Below are positions 37,588 through 48,065 of a stretch of DNA of 58,238 nucleotides, one piece after another. How positions within the stretch are numbered: position 1 is the stretch's first letter; the number at the start of each line of letters is the position of its first letter. The DNA is from Planctomycetota bacterium. Lineage in GTDB: Bacteria; Planctomycetota; Planctomycetia; Pirellulales; Lacipirellulaceae. Where the stretch lies: the NCBI GenBank assembly GCA_039190745.1, contig JBCCXZ010000017.1:1-58238 (forward strand). Reading direction: 5' to 3'. The notes beneath the pieces were generated by a model, which did not search any database, was not told the DNA's origin, and saw only the letters and a list, made by a program, of their open reading frames with translations. A program made the translations under genes and the position numbers.

Positions 37588-38907
37588 TCACTCTGCGCTC
37601 GACTCCGACGGCTCCGGGAACCAGCGCATCGCCCACCAGCCCGCCGTGCCCGTGGTGAGGTCCGCGTAGATCACACGAAACTCCTCGTCGCCCGGCTTGC
37701 GGTACCAGAATACGGGCCGATCCGGCTCGCCTAGTCGCGCCCCACGACCCGCGTAGTGCCACTCCGTCTCAGGCGGCAGCGCGTCTTGCAAGAACCCCAT
37801 CCCGCGACCAACGAGCTGCGCCGTCTGCATCACTTCTTGGAACTCCTTGCTCCGCATCGCCTTTTTCCGCGCTGCGTCATCCCGCTTCCACTTGCCAAAC
37901 TTCTCCTCCAAACGCTGCTCCGCAGAGCGTTGCAGCACGTTCTGGATGTAACCCGCACTCAGCTCCCGCGGGAACTGGTTCGCCCCGTGCTCTTCGCAAA
38001 ACTTGCGGAACAGGGCGACGAGGTCTTCTTCCCGTGGGTCCGAAGCGTCCATCTCCTGACGCTGCACCGTGTACCCCGCCGGCGGACGCACACGGAACAG
38101 CTTCCGGTCGAGCGGCGTGTTGTACTTAAAGCCACTCATCACCAACCGGGCCCAGTCCGAACCGAAACCTACCGTCTGCTCCACCCGCACGGGCAGGCCC
38201 GATTGCACGTCGGCCCAAACACGCAGCTCACGCCGATCGACCCGCACCAGGTAACCGACCGTCTCCTTGCCGTCGATCTCCTCAAGGCCCAACTCTTCCA
38301 ACCGACCCTCTCCGCCCTCGGCCGACTGACGGATCCGGTCCCGCACGTCCTCCAACCATCTGCCGGAGAAACCGTCGCGCGATCCGTCTTGAGGCGCGTT
38401 CTTCATCGACGCCACAAAGGCGACTTTCCGTTTCGGCACCATCGTCAGCAGCTTCTGCTCCTTCTCGCCGAACACCATCACCATCCCCCGCGACGACTCG
38501 GTCCGGTAGCCCACCCCGCTGGAGAAATAGCTCTTCCCGGTGATCGCCGGCTCGCCCTCCTTCTCGTACGACGTCGAGCAGGTCGCCGTACGGATCCGCC
38601 CCAGCGCTTCCGCGACATCGGTCAACGCCACCGCCGCCGTATCGCCGCTGAGCGTCCAGGCGATCACGCCGCAGAGGAACACCAGCGACGCGGCAAACGA
38701 GTAGCGGGCAAAAGGCAACATCCTAGACCTCCTCTGAGACGGTGTGGTGAACTCAAGCTCGTGCTCCGCGTCTTCCAGCAACGCAACTTCTTCCAGCAAC
38801 GCAATCGTCGGATCCACGGCCGGAGCATCGGCGATCGGCGCACCCCTCAGGGCGTCGGTCGCACGCCGCAGCAATTCGTCGCCCTCTTCGGGAACAAACC
38901 CGGTCAT
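37588..38907 (-). CDS. Putative anti-sigma factor: single TM and LolA-like extracytoplasmic domain
   Basis: 4-bp overlap with the ECF gene; short cytoplasmic N-terminus, TM, WAD.QSGLPVRVE, F.YN..LD..LF...PPAGY. Confidence 0.7.
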   Translation of the reverse strand: MTGFVPEEGDELLRRATDALRGAPIADAPAVDPTIALLEEVALLEDAEHELEFTTPSQRRSRMLPFARYSFAASLVFLCGVIAWTLSGDTAAVALTDVAEALGRIRTATCSTSYEKEGEPAITGKSYFSSGVGYRTESSRGMVMVFGEKEQKLLTMVPKRKVAFVASMKNAPQDGSRDGFSGRWLEDVRDRIRQSAEGGEGRLEELGLEEIDGKETVGYLVRVDRRELRVWADVQSGLPVRVEQTVGFGSDWARLVMSGFKYNTPLDRKLFRVRPPAGYTVQRQEMDASDPREEDLVALFRKFCEEHGANQFPRELSAGYIQNVLQRSAEQRLEEKFGKWKRDDAARKKAMRSKEFQEVMQTAQLVGRGMGFLQDALPPETEWHYAGRGARLGEPDRPVFWYRKPGDEEFRVIYADLTTGTAGWWAMRWFPEPSESSAE

Positions 38908-39434
38908 GGTCGGCCCTCACTGCTTTCTTCCGTTTCGAGCCCTTCGGCGATCAGCAACTTCTTCAGCGCCGCCCCGGCGCGGTGCAACAACACGCCCACG
39001 TGACTGGCGTCTACGCCCATCGCGTCGGCCGCCTCCTGGTAGCTCTGCCCTTCCAGCCGGCAAAGACAAAACGCCTCCGCCTGCCGCACAGGCAGACGCA
39101 TTAGCGACCGGCGAAGCAACTCCGCCAGTTCTGCGGCCTCCGCATCCTGCTGAGGCCCAGAAACGCCGGCCTCCAACACATCCGGGTCTTCCAGAGCGGC
39201 CTGCCGATCTCGCAGACGGTAACGCACACGCAGCCGATCCAACGCCCGCGCAGTCGCTATCCGTCGCAGCAATGCCGGCCACTCACGCACCGGCTCGCGG
39301 CGATGAACCCGCACCGCCTCCAGAAAAGTCTCCTGCAAACAGTCCTGCGCATCGGCGTCATCGCCCACGAGCCGATAGACCGTGCTCCACACGAGCCCCT
39401 GGTGCTCGCGAACAATGGCGTCCCAATCCGTCAT
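38904..39434 (-). CDS. ECF RNA polymerase sigma factor
   Basis: DAQDCLQETF, LRRIATARALDRLR, LP.RQAEAF, SYQEAA.AMG, LHRA. Confidence 0.92.
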   Translation of the reverse strand: MTDWDAIVREHQGLVWSTVYRLVGDDADAQDCLQETFLEAVRVHRREPVREWPALLRRIATARALDRLRVRYRLRDRQAALEDPDVLEAGVSGPQQDAEAAELAELLRRSLMRLPVRQAEAFCLCRLEGQSYQEAADAMGVDASHVGVLLHRAGAALKKLLIAEGLETEESSEGRP

Positions 39435-39618
39435 CTACAGGCCCGCTGCGTCGCTTGCTGACAATCAACTAGTCGATGCGAAGCGACGGACAATTACAAC
39501 GCGGGCCGAGAATCGCCTAGAAAACAAGAATCGCCCCCTAAAGACGAAACCAGCGCCCCAAGACAGAGGCGCGCAGAAACAGACGCGGCCTGATAGAAAC
39601 ACCTGGCAAGCACCGCCG

Positions 39619-41220
39619 CTAACGGCGGCGTGTCGCCACAGCCAATCCGGCGGCCGCCAACAACCACGCCGACCCGGGCTCAGGAACCACCGTCACCGGC
39701 AGCGGGGCCGGGTACACTACGCCAAGCTGCACCTCGGCGAAGAATTGGTCCTCGTCGTCGACGTCCCCGTCGTTGTCCACATCTCCGTCGCCCTTCACCG
39801 CGCCGGCGGGGATCCCAAAGCCCCGCTGCTGCGTCAGCAGGTCGGCGATGTCCACGTCCAGGTCCAAGTCAAAGTCTGCCCGGCCAGGAGGAAAGTCTGT
39901 GGTTTCGATCGTCGCCTGATAGATGAACAACTCGTAAGAACCGGTATCCATCCCGTCCTTCCCCGGCCCCGGGTCCACGAAAGGCAAGTCGTCGTTCGCC
40001 GACAACACCTCGACGGCGTAGGTGCCGATGCCCGTCCCAAAATCGGTGTCCGCCACCACCGGCAACTCCACGTCGAACAGAGAAGCCCCGCGCTCGGACG
40101 TGTCGAAGTCGTCGTCGTTCGCAGCCGGGTCCGTCGTCCCCGGGCCGTAAGCAATCGGCGCCCCGGTCAGCCCGTCGATTAGGACGACCACCACGTCGGC
40201 CGTGTCGCCGTAGCGGGAGCCGTCCTCCAAGATGGCGCTCATTACCTCGATCGTCACGAACGTTCCCGCCTCGGCCTCGAACTTGAAATAGTCCCCCAGC
40301 ACGCCGCCCTCTTCGTCCGTCAAATCCAGGGCGCCCGTCACCACCCGGCCCCGGGCGCTGATGCCCGTCCGTACCTCAAGCGGCAGGTCGCCCGGCGGCA
40401 CGTCCTTCAGCGGCGGCAGCGGGCGTTGAGGGTACGGCAGCATGAAGTCGGCCAGCGGCACGTCCTGAGCCATACCAAGGGTCTGGTTGCCGGTCGTCTC
40501 CGCCAGCACGATGTCCGTAAAGCCCGGCTTCGCGATCTCAAGCTTGATCGCCGAACGTTCCGACAGAAACTTGGGCGTAGTCACCGCTGAAAAAGACAGC
40601 AAGAACCCCGTCGTCAGCGACATGATCGATTCCGCGGTATCAGGCGCCCCGGGGGGGAACGGGTACGTCGGAGAGAAGTCCGTAGGAAAGCTGCCGATGC
40701 CGGTCGAGATCGGCCCGAACGAGTCCGAGTGCCGCAGCCCCATCAGGTGCCCCGCCTCGTGCCCCACGGCATTGGCCGTTGCGATCAGCACATCGTCGTC
40801 GGTCCACGGGTCCGTTACGGCGTCTTTCCCCAGAAACTTGAACAACGCAATCGTGTTCACGTCTGCGCCGTCATCGTCCGAAAGGTTGCGGAAGTCGATC
40901 CCGTCCGCGCCGCCGCCGGTACCCTTATTCAACGTCACGGTCGACTTGCTGCCCGGAACCGCCGGCAGACCGTCGAAAAACACCACGTCATGCGGGGCGT
41001 ACAGATCGTTCAGGTAAAAGAGAATGTCGCCTCGCTGCTCGGGCGAGTACTCGTACAGCTCATCCGCCGGCGGAATGCCCCCCATCCCCGGCGTCGCCCC
41101 CGCATCCACTGCCAGCAGGATGCTGTCGAAATCGACATAGACCTCTTGGATGGCGATTGCAGGAGAAGAACAAAACAGGCAAAGAGAAAAGACCGCGACA
41201 GCCAACCGAATGCGATGCAT
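39619..41220 (-). CDS. PEP-CTERM zinc metalloprotease-like protein with PPC-like and dockerin-like domains
   Basis: Signal peptide; HEAGHLMGLRH (HExxHxxGxxH); DYFKF..AG...NDD; ADFDLDLDVDIADLL; VPEP followed by TM and RRR. Confidence 0.85.
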   Translation of the reverse strand: MHRIRLAVAVFSLCLFCSSPAIAIQEVYVDFDSILLAVDAGATPGMGGIPPADELYEYSPEQRGDILFYLNDLYAPHDVVFFDGLPAVPGSKSTVTLNKGTGGGADGIDFRNLSDDDGADVNTIALFKFLGKDAVTDPWTDDDVLIATANAVGHEAGHLMGLRHSDSFGPISTGIGSFPTDFSPTYPFPPGAPDTAESIMSLTTGFLLSFSAVTTPKFLSERSAIKLEIAKPGFTDIVLAETTGNQTLGMAQDVPLADFMLPYPQRPLPPLKDVPPGDLPLEVRTGISARGRVVTGALDLTDEEGGVLGDYFKFEAEAGTFVTIEVMSAILEDGSRYGDTADVVVVLIDGLTGAPIAYGPGTTDPAANDDDFDTSERGASLFDVELPVVADTDFGTGIGTYAVEVLSANDDLPFVDPGPGKDGMDTGSYELFIYQATIETTDFPPGRADFDLDLDVDIADLLTQQRGFGIPAGAVKGDGDVDNDGDVDDEDQFFAEVQLGVVYPAPLPVTVVPEPGSAWLLAAAGLAVATRRR

Positions 41221-41490
41221 GGGTGCCCCTGGTGAGTTGAGCCCCGCGGGCGGGCTGTTTCGCTGGATCGACCGAAAGCCTCCAAAAAACCTAAGTGTTC
41301 CGAGAGTGAGTGTAACCACCACTTCCGCCCCCGCAACGGATGCGCCACTCAAAAAACACGCGCCGCCGAGCGGTCCCGCTTGCTCCCGTTCGCGGCTCGC
41401 CTCAAGTACAATCCTCGGCTGTACTTATCCGAAAGCCGCCCCTGTGGGGGTCGCGAAGCGCTACCGCACCGACTCAGAGAGGTACCCGCC

Positions 41491-42366
41491 ATGCGTTGGC
41501 AAGGCAGGCGTCGCAGCACCAACGTCGAAGACCGCCGCGGGGCGCGTCCCCGAGGCCCCGTAGCCCTTGGCGGCGGCGGAGGCATCCTGGGCCTGCTCCT
41601 CATCCTGCTCGTCCTCTACCTCGGCGGCGACCCCCGCCCGCTGCTGCAGCAGATGCAGAACCAGCAGCCCCCCGTCCAGCAGGGACCCGCGCCCCCGGCG
41701 CAGGTCGACCCGGCCGAGGAGCAGCTCGCCCAGTTCGTCTCGGTCGTCCTCGCCGACACCGAGGAAGTCTGGTCCGACTTGTTTCAACGACTCGGCCGCC
41801 GCTACCAAGAACCCCGGCTCGTCCTCTTCCGCGACCGCGTCGCTTCCGCGTGCGGGTTCAACTCCGCCGCCGTCGGACCGTTCTACTGTCCCGGCGACTC
41901 GCGCGTGTACATCGATCTCGGCTTCTTCGACGACATGAGCCGCGAACTCGGAGCCCCCGGAGACTTCGCCCAGGCCTACGTCATCGCCCACGAGGTGGGT
42001 CACCACGTCCAGAACCAGATGGGCATCTCCGGCAAGGTCCATCAAGCCCGGGCCCGCGTTAGCCAAGAAAAGTACAACCGCCTCTCCGTCCGGCTTGAGC
42101 TGCAGGCCGATTACTTCGCCGGCGTCTGGGCCCACCACGCCGAACGAAACTGGCAGATCCTCGAACGGGGCGACGTCGAAGAAGCCCTCCGCGCCGCAAC
42201 CGCCATCGGAGACGACCGCCTCCAGAAACAGTCCCGCGGTTACGTCGTCCCCGAATCGTTCACCCACGGCACCAGCCAGCAACGCACCCGCTGGTTCGCC
42301 GCCGGCCTCAAATCCGGCGACGTCCAGCAGGGCGACACCTTCGCCGTCGCGTACGACCAACTCTGA
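41491..42366 (+). CDS. YpfJ-like neutral zinc metallopeptidase
   Basis: MRWQGRRRSTNVEDRRG, GPFYCPGD, AHEVGHHVQ, ELQAD, IGDD, FTHGTSQQR. Confidence 0.93.
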   Translation: MRWQGRRRSTNVEDRRGARPRGPVALGGGGGILGLLLILLVLYLGGDPRPLLQQMQNQQPPVQQGPAPPAQVDPAEEQLAQFVSVVLADTEEVWSDLFQRLGRRYQEPRLVLFRDRVASACGFNSAAVGPFYCPGDSRVYIDLGFFDDMSRELGAPGDFAQAYVIAHEVGHHVQNQMGISGKVHQARARVSQEKYNRLSVRLELQADYFAGVWAHHAERNWQILERGDVEEALRAATAIGDDRLQKQSRGYVVPESFTHGTSQQRTRWFAAGLKSGDVQQGDTFAVAYDQL

Positions 42367-42387
42367 ACGTCGGCCCTCAGCAATAAC

Positions 42388-42460
42388 TGCGTGAGGCCTC
42401 TCCGAGACCGATTACGGCTGCCGCTGGAGAACGGAATCGGGTTCAGAGAGCCCTCCCACA
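42388..42460. repeat. REP-like inverted pair
   Basis: TGCGTGAGGCCTCTCCGAGACCGATT matches the reverse complement of 42435-42460 (TGTGGGAGGGCTCTCTGAACCCGATT) at 20/26. Confidence 0.55.
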
Positions 42461-42500
42461 ATGGTGAAAGAACCCGCCCGAGAAACAACGCAGCACCGCC

Positions 42501-43508
42501 ATGAACGTCGTCGTCTTCAACACCAAGCCTTACGACCGCGAATTCCTTGAAGCGGCGGCCGAAAAGACCGACCACACAATACGCTTCCTCGAAACCCACC
42601 TCCTCCCCGAGACGGCCGAGCTTGCCAAAGGGTCCGACACCGTCTGCGCCTTCGTCAACGACACCCTCGACGCGGGCGTGCTCGCCACGCTCGCCGGCCA
42701 TGGTATTCGGGTGGTAGCCCTCCGCTGCGCGGGGTTCAACAACGTCGACCTCGATGCGGCCTCCGAGCACGGCATCCGCGTGGTACGCGTCCCCGCCTAC
42801 TCGCCCCACGCCGTCGCCGAGCACGCCGTCGCGCTGATCCTCATGCTCAACCGGCACCTCCACCGCGCCTACACGCGGGTCCGCGACGGCGACTTCCGCC
42901 TCAACGGCCTCCTGGGCTTCGACCTCCACGGACGCACCGTCGGCCTGGTCGGCACGGGCCAGATCGGCCGCGTCTTCGCCGGCATTATGCAGGGCTTCGG
43001 GTGCCGCACGCTCGGCTACGACAAGTTCCCCAGCGACGCGGGCCGCGACGCCGGCATCGAGTACGTCACCATGGCACAGCTCTACGCCGAGTCCGACATC
43101 CTTTCTCTGCACTGCCCGCTCACCCCCGAGACCCGCCACCTGATCGACGACGACGCCATCCGTCAGATGAAGCCCGGCGTCATGATCATCAACACCAGCC
43201 GCGGCGCCGTCATCGACACCCAAGCGGTGATCAACGGCCTCAAACGCGGCAAGATCGGCCACGTGGGACTCGACGTGTACGAAGAAGAGGGGGACGTCTT
43301 CTTCGAAGACCTCTCCGACACGGTCATCCCCGACGACATGCTCGCCCGCCTGTTAACCTTCCCCAACGTCGTCATCACGGGCCATCAGGCCTTCTTCACC
43401 CGCGAGGCGCTCACCGCCATCGCCGAGACGACCATGCAGAATATCACCGACATCCAGGCCCGCGGCGAATGCCCCAACGAGGTCGCCGCCGAGAAGAAAA
43501 CCGGCTAA
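42501..43508 (+). CDS. ldhA: D-lactate / D-2-hydroxyacid dehydrogenase
   Basis: FVND, LRCAGFNNVD, RVPAYSP.AVAEH, GTGQIG, LHCPL, NTSRG, LDVYEEE, TGHQAF. Confidence 0.9.
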   Translation: MNVVVFNTKPYDREFLEAAAEKTDHTIRFLETHLLPETAELAKGSDTVCAFVNDTLDAGVLATLAGHGIRVVALRCAGFNNVDLDAASEHGIRVVRVPAYSPHAVAEHAVALILMLNRHLHRAYTRVRDGDFRLNGLLGFDLHGRTVGLVGTGQIGRVFAGIMQGFGCRTLGYDKFPSDAGRDAGIEYVTMAQLYAESDILSLHCPLTPETRHLIDDDAIRQMKPGVMIINTSRGAVIDTQAVINGLKRGKIGHVGLDVYEEEGDVFFEDLSDTVIPDDMLARLLTFPNVVITGHQAFFTREALTAIAETTMQNITDIQARGECPNEVAAEKKTG

Positions 43509-43548
43509 CTCCGGCATCGATTTCCACCGGCTTTTTTTGTTGAAACTG

Positions 43549-43822
43549 GGCCAGCGTTTCTGCTAGACAAGAGTGTGCCGCAGCACGGAGCGTTCTCTGA
43601 CAACCAGACGATCTGGGGAACGCGCCCGCACGATGACGAGCTGGGCCAGGCCCTTCCGTCACCGAAAACTCAACACGAATGAACGTAAACTCAAAGAATT
43701 AAGTCCGCCTGCAACTAGCCGCGACGGTACGCGTCGCTGGCGAACCCGCACCCAACCCTGACAAAAGAAAAGACTTTTGGCGTATCGCCGCGTGTAGCGG
43801 ATTTCTCGCCTAAAGACAAAAC
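43549..43822 (+). ncRNA. Candidate non-coding cassette A (promoter-like, boxA-like, conserved 142-nt block)
   Basis: Lies between convergent genes with no credible ORF; homologous to 52243-52605 in inverted orientation. Confidence 0.45.
43681..43822 (+). repeat. 142-bp dispersed repeat, copy 1 (inverted relative to 52243-52384)
   Basis: Manual ungapped alignment gives 126/142 identity, including a 50-bp identical core (43754-43803). Confidence 0.95.
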
Positions 43823-43832
43823 GCGAAGGTTG

Positions 43833-44882
43833 CTACTCCCGCGGCAAGATCCGCAGCGTCGCCGCGTCGGCGTCGACCTCCGCCATCCCCCCCATCGGCA
43901 TCGTCGCGTTCGCCGGGTGGTGCCCCACCGGGTAGTTCATCAGCACCGGGATCCCCAGCGGCTCGAAGTACTGCTTCAGTACCCCGTTCACGGTAAATCG
44001 TTCGTCCCTTTTTTTCGTTTTCTCTTCCTCGTCCTCACGGTCGTACGCCTTCGTGAACTGCCCCAGCACCGCCGCCCGGAGCGAACCAAGCTTCCCTGCC
44101 AACTGCATCTGCCGCAGCATCCGGTCGATGCGGTACGGCGCCTCCCGCACGTCCTCGAGCATCAGCACCGCGTCGGTCGTGTCGATCTCGAACGGCGTGC
44201 CGATCGTCGCCGCCACCAACGAAAGGTTCCCCCCGATCAACCGGCCCCGCGCCTGGCCCGACCCCAGCGAGAACGGCTGCGGCGAACCCTCCGGCACCTC
44301 GATCAAGTACCCGCTGCCGTCCGCCGCTTCAACAGCCCGGAAGAAATACTCCGCAGCGAACTTCGGCAGGTTGTCCGGCGAGCCGAGCCCCCACATCGGG
44401 TTCGGCGAGTGGTACGTCACCAAACCGGCCCGACGGTTGATAGCCAAATGCAGAGCCGTGATGTCGCTAAAACCGATGAGCACCTTCGGGTTCGCCCGGA
44501 TCGCGTCGTAGTCCAACAGGTCCAACATCCGCATCGTCCCGTACCCGCCCGTACCGGGGAACACCGCGTCGACCTCCGGATCGAGGAACGCCTGCATGAA
44601 CTCCTCCGCCCGCCGCTCGTCCGAACCCGCAAGGTAGCCCGTCTGCGTGAACAAGTCGTCCCGCATAACCACTCGGTACCCACGCTCTTCGAGCCGTTTT
44701 TTCGCGAGCCCGACCCGAACCGGGTCCAGCTCGCCCGCGGGGGCGACCATCATGATCGTGCCGCCCGGCCGCAACGGCTCCGGCCACACCAGCGGCCGGA
44801 CTGGTTCCTCCGCGACGCCCAAGCCAGCGGTGCAGAACAAGCAACACAGAGCGGAAGAACAAAGCAAAAGGGAGAGTCGCAT
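43833..44882 (-). CDS. S66 LD-carboxypeptidase with signal peptide
   Basis: AGSDERRA, GGYG, GFSDITALH, GGNLSL, LED, YRIDRML, GHH. Confidence 0.92.
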   Translation of the reverse strand: MRLSLLLCSSALCCLFCTAGLGVAEEPVRPLVWPEPLRPGGTIMMVAPAGELDPVRVGLAKKRLEERGYRVVMRDDLFTQTGYLAGSDERRAEEFMQAFLDPEVDAVFPGTGGYGTMRMLDLLDYDAIRANPKVLIGFSDITALHLAINRRAGLVTYHSPNPMWGLGSPDNLPKFAAEYFFRAVEAADGSGYLIEVPEGSPQPFSLGSGQARGRLIGGNLSLVAATIGTPFEIDTTDAVLMLEDVREAPYRIDRMLRQMQLAGKLGSLRAAVLGQFTKAYDREDEEEKTKKRDERFTVNGVLKQYFEPLGIPVLMNYPVGHHPANATMPMGGMAEVDADAATLRILPRE

Positions 44883-44985
44883 CGGTCGTCACACGGAGTT
44901 AGAGGTCAGCGGGTTCAAGCCGCAGAGTGCGCACGATCACAATTCAAATCAAACCAAATCCAGCCGGCTACCCCGCCGTGCCAAG

Positions 44986-46077
<1,092 letters not shown>

Positions 46078-46293
46078 ATCAAGAACTCGGGTGCCGGGTT
46101 GTTGTCCAGGGTGGGCCTGTATCGGGTGCGGTCTTCGCCGCAGATTCTAGTCGAGCGGCGGCCCGCCCGACAGGCGCTCACCCGCCCCCAGGGTCAGCGT
46201 GGCCAGGAACCTCCTGCTACGCAATAATGCTGGGCTGCAAGGACCCGAGCGAACCAACACGCCGCGTGGTCGGCCGAACCAGGGACGAACAGA

Positions 46294-48003
46294 ATGGAAG
46301 TCATCCGCATCGCCGCTCTCGCCTTGATCACGGCGTTGACCGCAGCGACGGACACGCCCGTCAACGGTGTCGAAGAAGAGGCGGCCGCCCCAGAACCAGG
46401 GCTCGCAGACTACGCAGAAGCGATCCGCGGCCGCGTCAACACCTCCGGGCTGCAAGACCTCAACAATGTGATCAATCTGCTCGGATCGGCAGTAGACAAA
46501 GGGCTCGCAGAGGAAGACGAGCAGTTTGCCTCCTTGATGCTCTCGGATGCATTAATGGAGAGAGCCAAGTCGCTAGCCCAGGTGATGAAGGCTCAAGACC
46601 TAGTCTCGCCCGACGAACGCTCCCGAAACCGGGCGATCAAGATCCGTCGGCTCGTGCAGTCCGACCTGCGTCGGGTGATCGCAATCAAAGAGCCTCCGAC
46701 TGAGGCGTACCTCCTGCTCGGTCAGGTCTCCGCCTTGCCCGGCGGCGATCCGCACGAGGCGCGCAGAATGCTAAAGACTTACGTAGATTCCGACGAACAA
46801 ACCGCGCTCCAGAAGGCGGCGGCCCTAGCGCTCAGAGCCCGGGTGCAAAGCACGCCTGAGAAAGCACGAGCGGACTTCGACCGTGCGGTCGAACTCGCCC
46901 CAGAGAACACGGCGTTGCGTTTGAAGCGAGCGATCTACCACCAGGGCCGCAAAGACTTTGCCAACGCGTTGGCCGACGCCGACGCCGTGCTGCAATTCTC
47001 GCCCAACGAGCCGAACGCCTACATCATCAAGGGCGAGAGCCTGCGACAACTCGGGCGCGATGACGAAGCGATTGAAGCTTTCGACAACGCGACCCGCTTG
47101 GCTCCGCGGTCGGCTCGGCCCTATCAGAACCGCGGGGAACTCCTCCGCGACCGGGCCGATTACAACCAGGCGATCGAGCAGTTTACGAAGGTGCTCGAAC
47201 TGCAGCCGGGCATCACAACAACGCTGCTGCAGCGAGCAGAAACCTACCTCAGGGCTGGCCGCCTGGAGGAGGCGTTGGCCGACGCCAACTTGGTTATTCA
47301 GAAACAGCCCGGGCTGTTCACTGAGCTCTCGATCGCGGCCCACCGAATCCGAGGAGAGGTCCTGGCCAACACCGACCGGCTGGGCGAAGCGATCGCGGAG
47401 ATTGAGAAGGTCTCGATCGCGGTTCCGGACCAGGTCGAGCTCAAGATGCAGCTCGCGTTGTACTACCAATTCGACGGACGTGTGCAGAACGCCGTCCAAA
47501 CCTACAGCGAGATCCTCCAGGCCGCCCCGCAGAATTTCCTCGCGTTGCGGAGCCGTGGAGACGCCTATCTCAACCTCGGCCAACACATCGAGGCTGTGGC
47601 GGATTTCAATCGTGCGTTGCAGCTCAACGCCGAAGACACGTTGCTGTTGAACAACCTCGCCTGGGTCTTGAGCACATCACCGGACGAAGAAGTTCGAGAC
47701 GGTAAACGATCGATCGAATTGGCTACCAAAGCCTGCATGTTGACCGAGTACAAGAAGCCCCATATCCTCAGCACGCTCGCGGCTGCTTACGCGGAATCGG
47801 GTGACTTCGAGACCGCCGTGAAGTGGTCCTCTCAGGCCGTTGAGATGGACGACCCCGAGCACTCCGGTCAGCTGGCAGAGGAACTGGAAAGCTACAAGCA
47901 AGGCACGCCGTGGCGGGAACGCCAAACGCCTCAAGCTGATGCGGAGGAGCCGCTTCCTGAAGCCGACACCGTACCGGCCGACGTACAGATCCAGCCGCTC
48001 TAA
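46294..48003 (+). CDS. Exported tetratricopeptide repeat protein
   Basis: Signal peptide, multiple TPRs, C-terminal LNNLAWVLST..DG..A..AC..LSTLAAAYAESGDF. Confidence 0.88.
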   Translation: MEVIRIAALALITALTAATDTPVNGVEEEAAAPEPGLADYAEAIRGRVNTSGLQDLNNVINLLGSAVDKGLAEEDEQFASLMLSDALMERAKSLAQVMKAQDLVSPDERSRNRAIKIRRLVQSDLRRVIAIKEPPTEAYLLLGQVSALPGGDPHEARRMLKTYVDSDEQTALQKAAALALRARVQSTPEKARADFDRAVELAPENTALRLKRAIYHQGRKDFANALADADAVLQFSPNEPNAYIIKGESLRQLGRDDEAIEAFDNATRLAPRSARPYQNRGELLRDRADYNQAIEQFTKVLELQPGITTTLLQRAETYLRAGRLEEALADANLVIQKQPGLFTELSIAAHRIRGEVLANTDRLGEAIAEIEKVSIAVPDQVELKMQLALYYQFDGRVQNAVQTYSEILQAAPQNFLALRSRGDAYLNLGQHIEAVADFNRALQLNAEDTLLLNNLAWVLSTSPDEEVRDGKRSIELATKACMLTEYKKPHILSTLAAAYAESGDFETAVKWSSQAVEMDDPEHSGQLAEELESYKQGTPWRERQTPQADAEEPLPEADTVPADVQIQPL

Positions 48004-48065
48004 GCTTGCTTGTCTGCGGCTACCCTTCCGGATCGGCATCACTACGACCTTCCAAGGCTGGCCCT

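Noticed and set aside
43549..43822. rRNA operon behind the boxA-like motifs (also 52243-52605)
   Set aside because: No 16S, 23S or 5S signature sequence follows, and the space is far too short.
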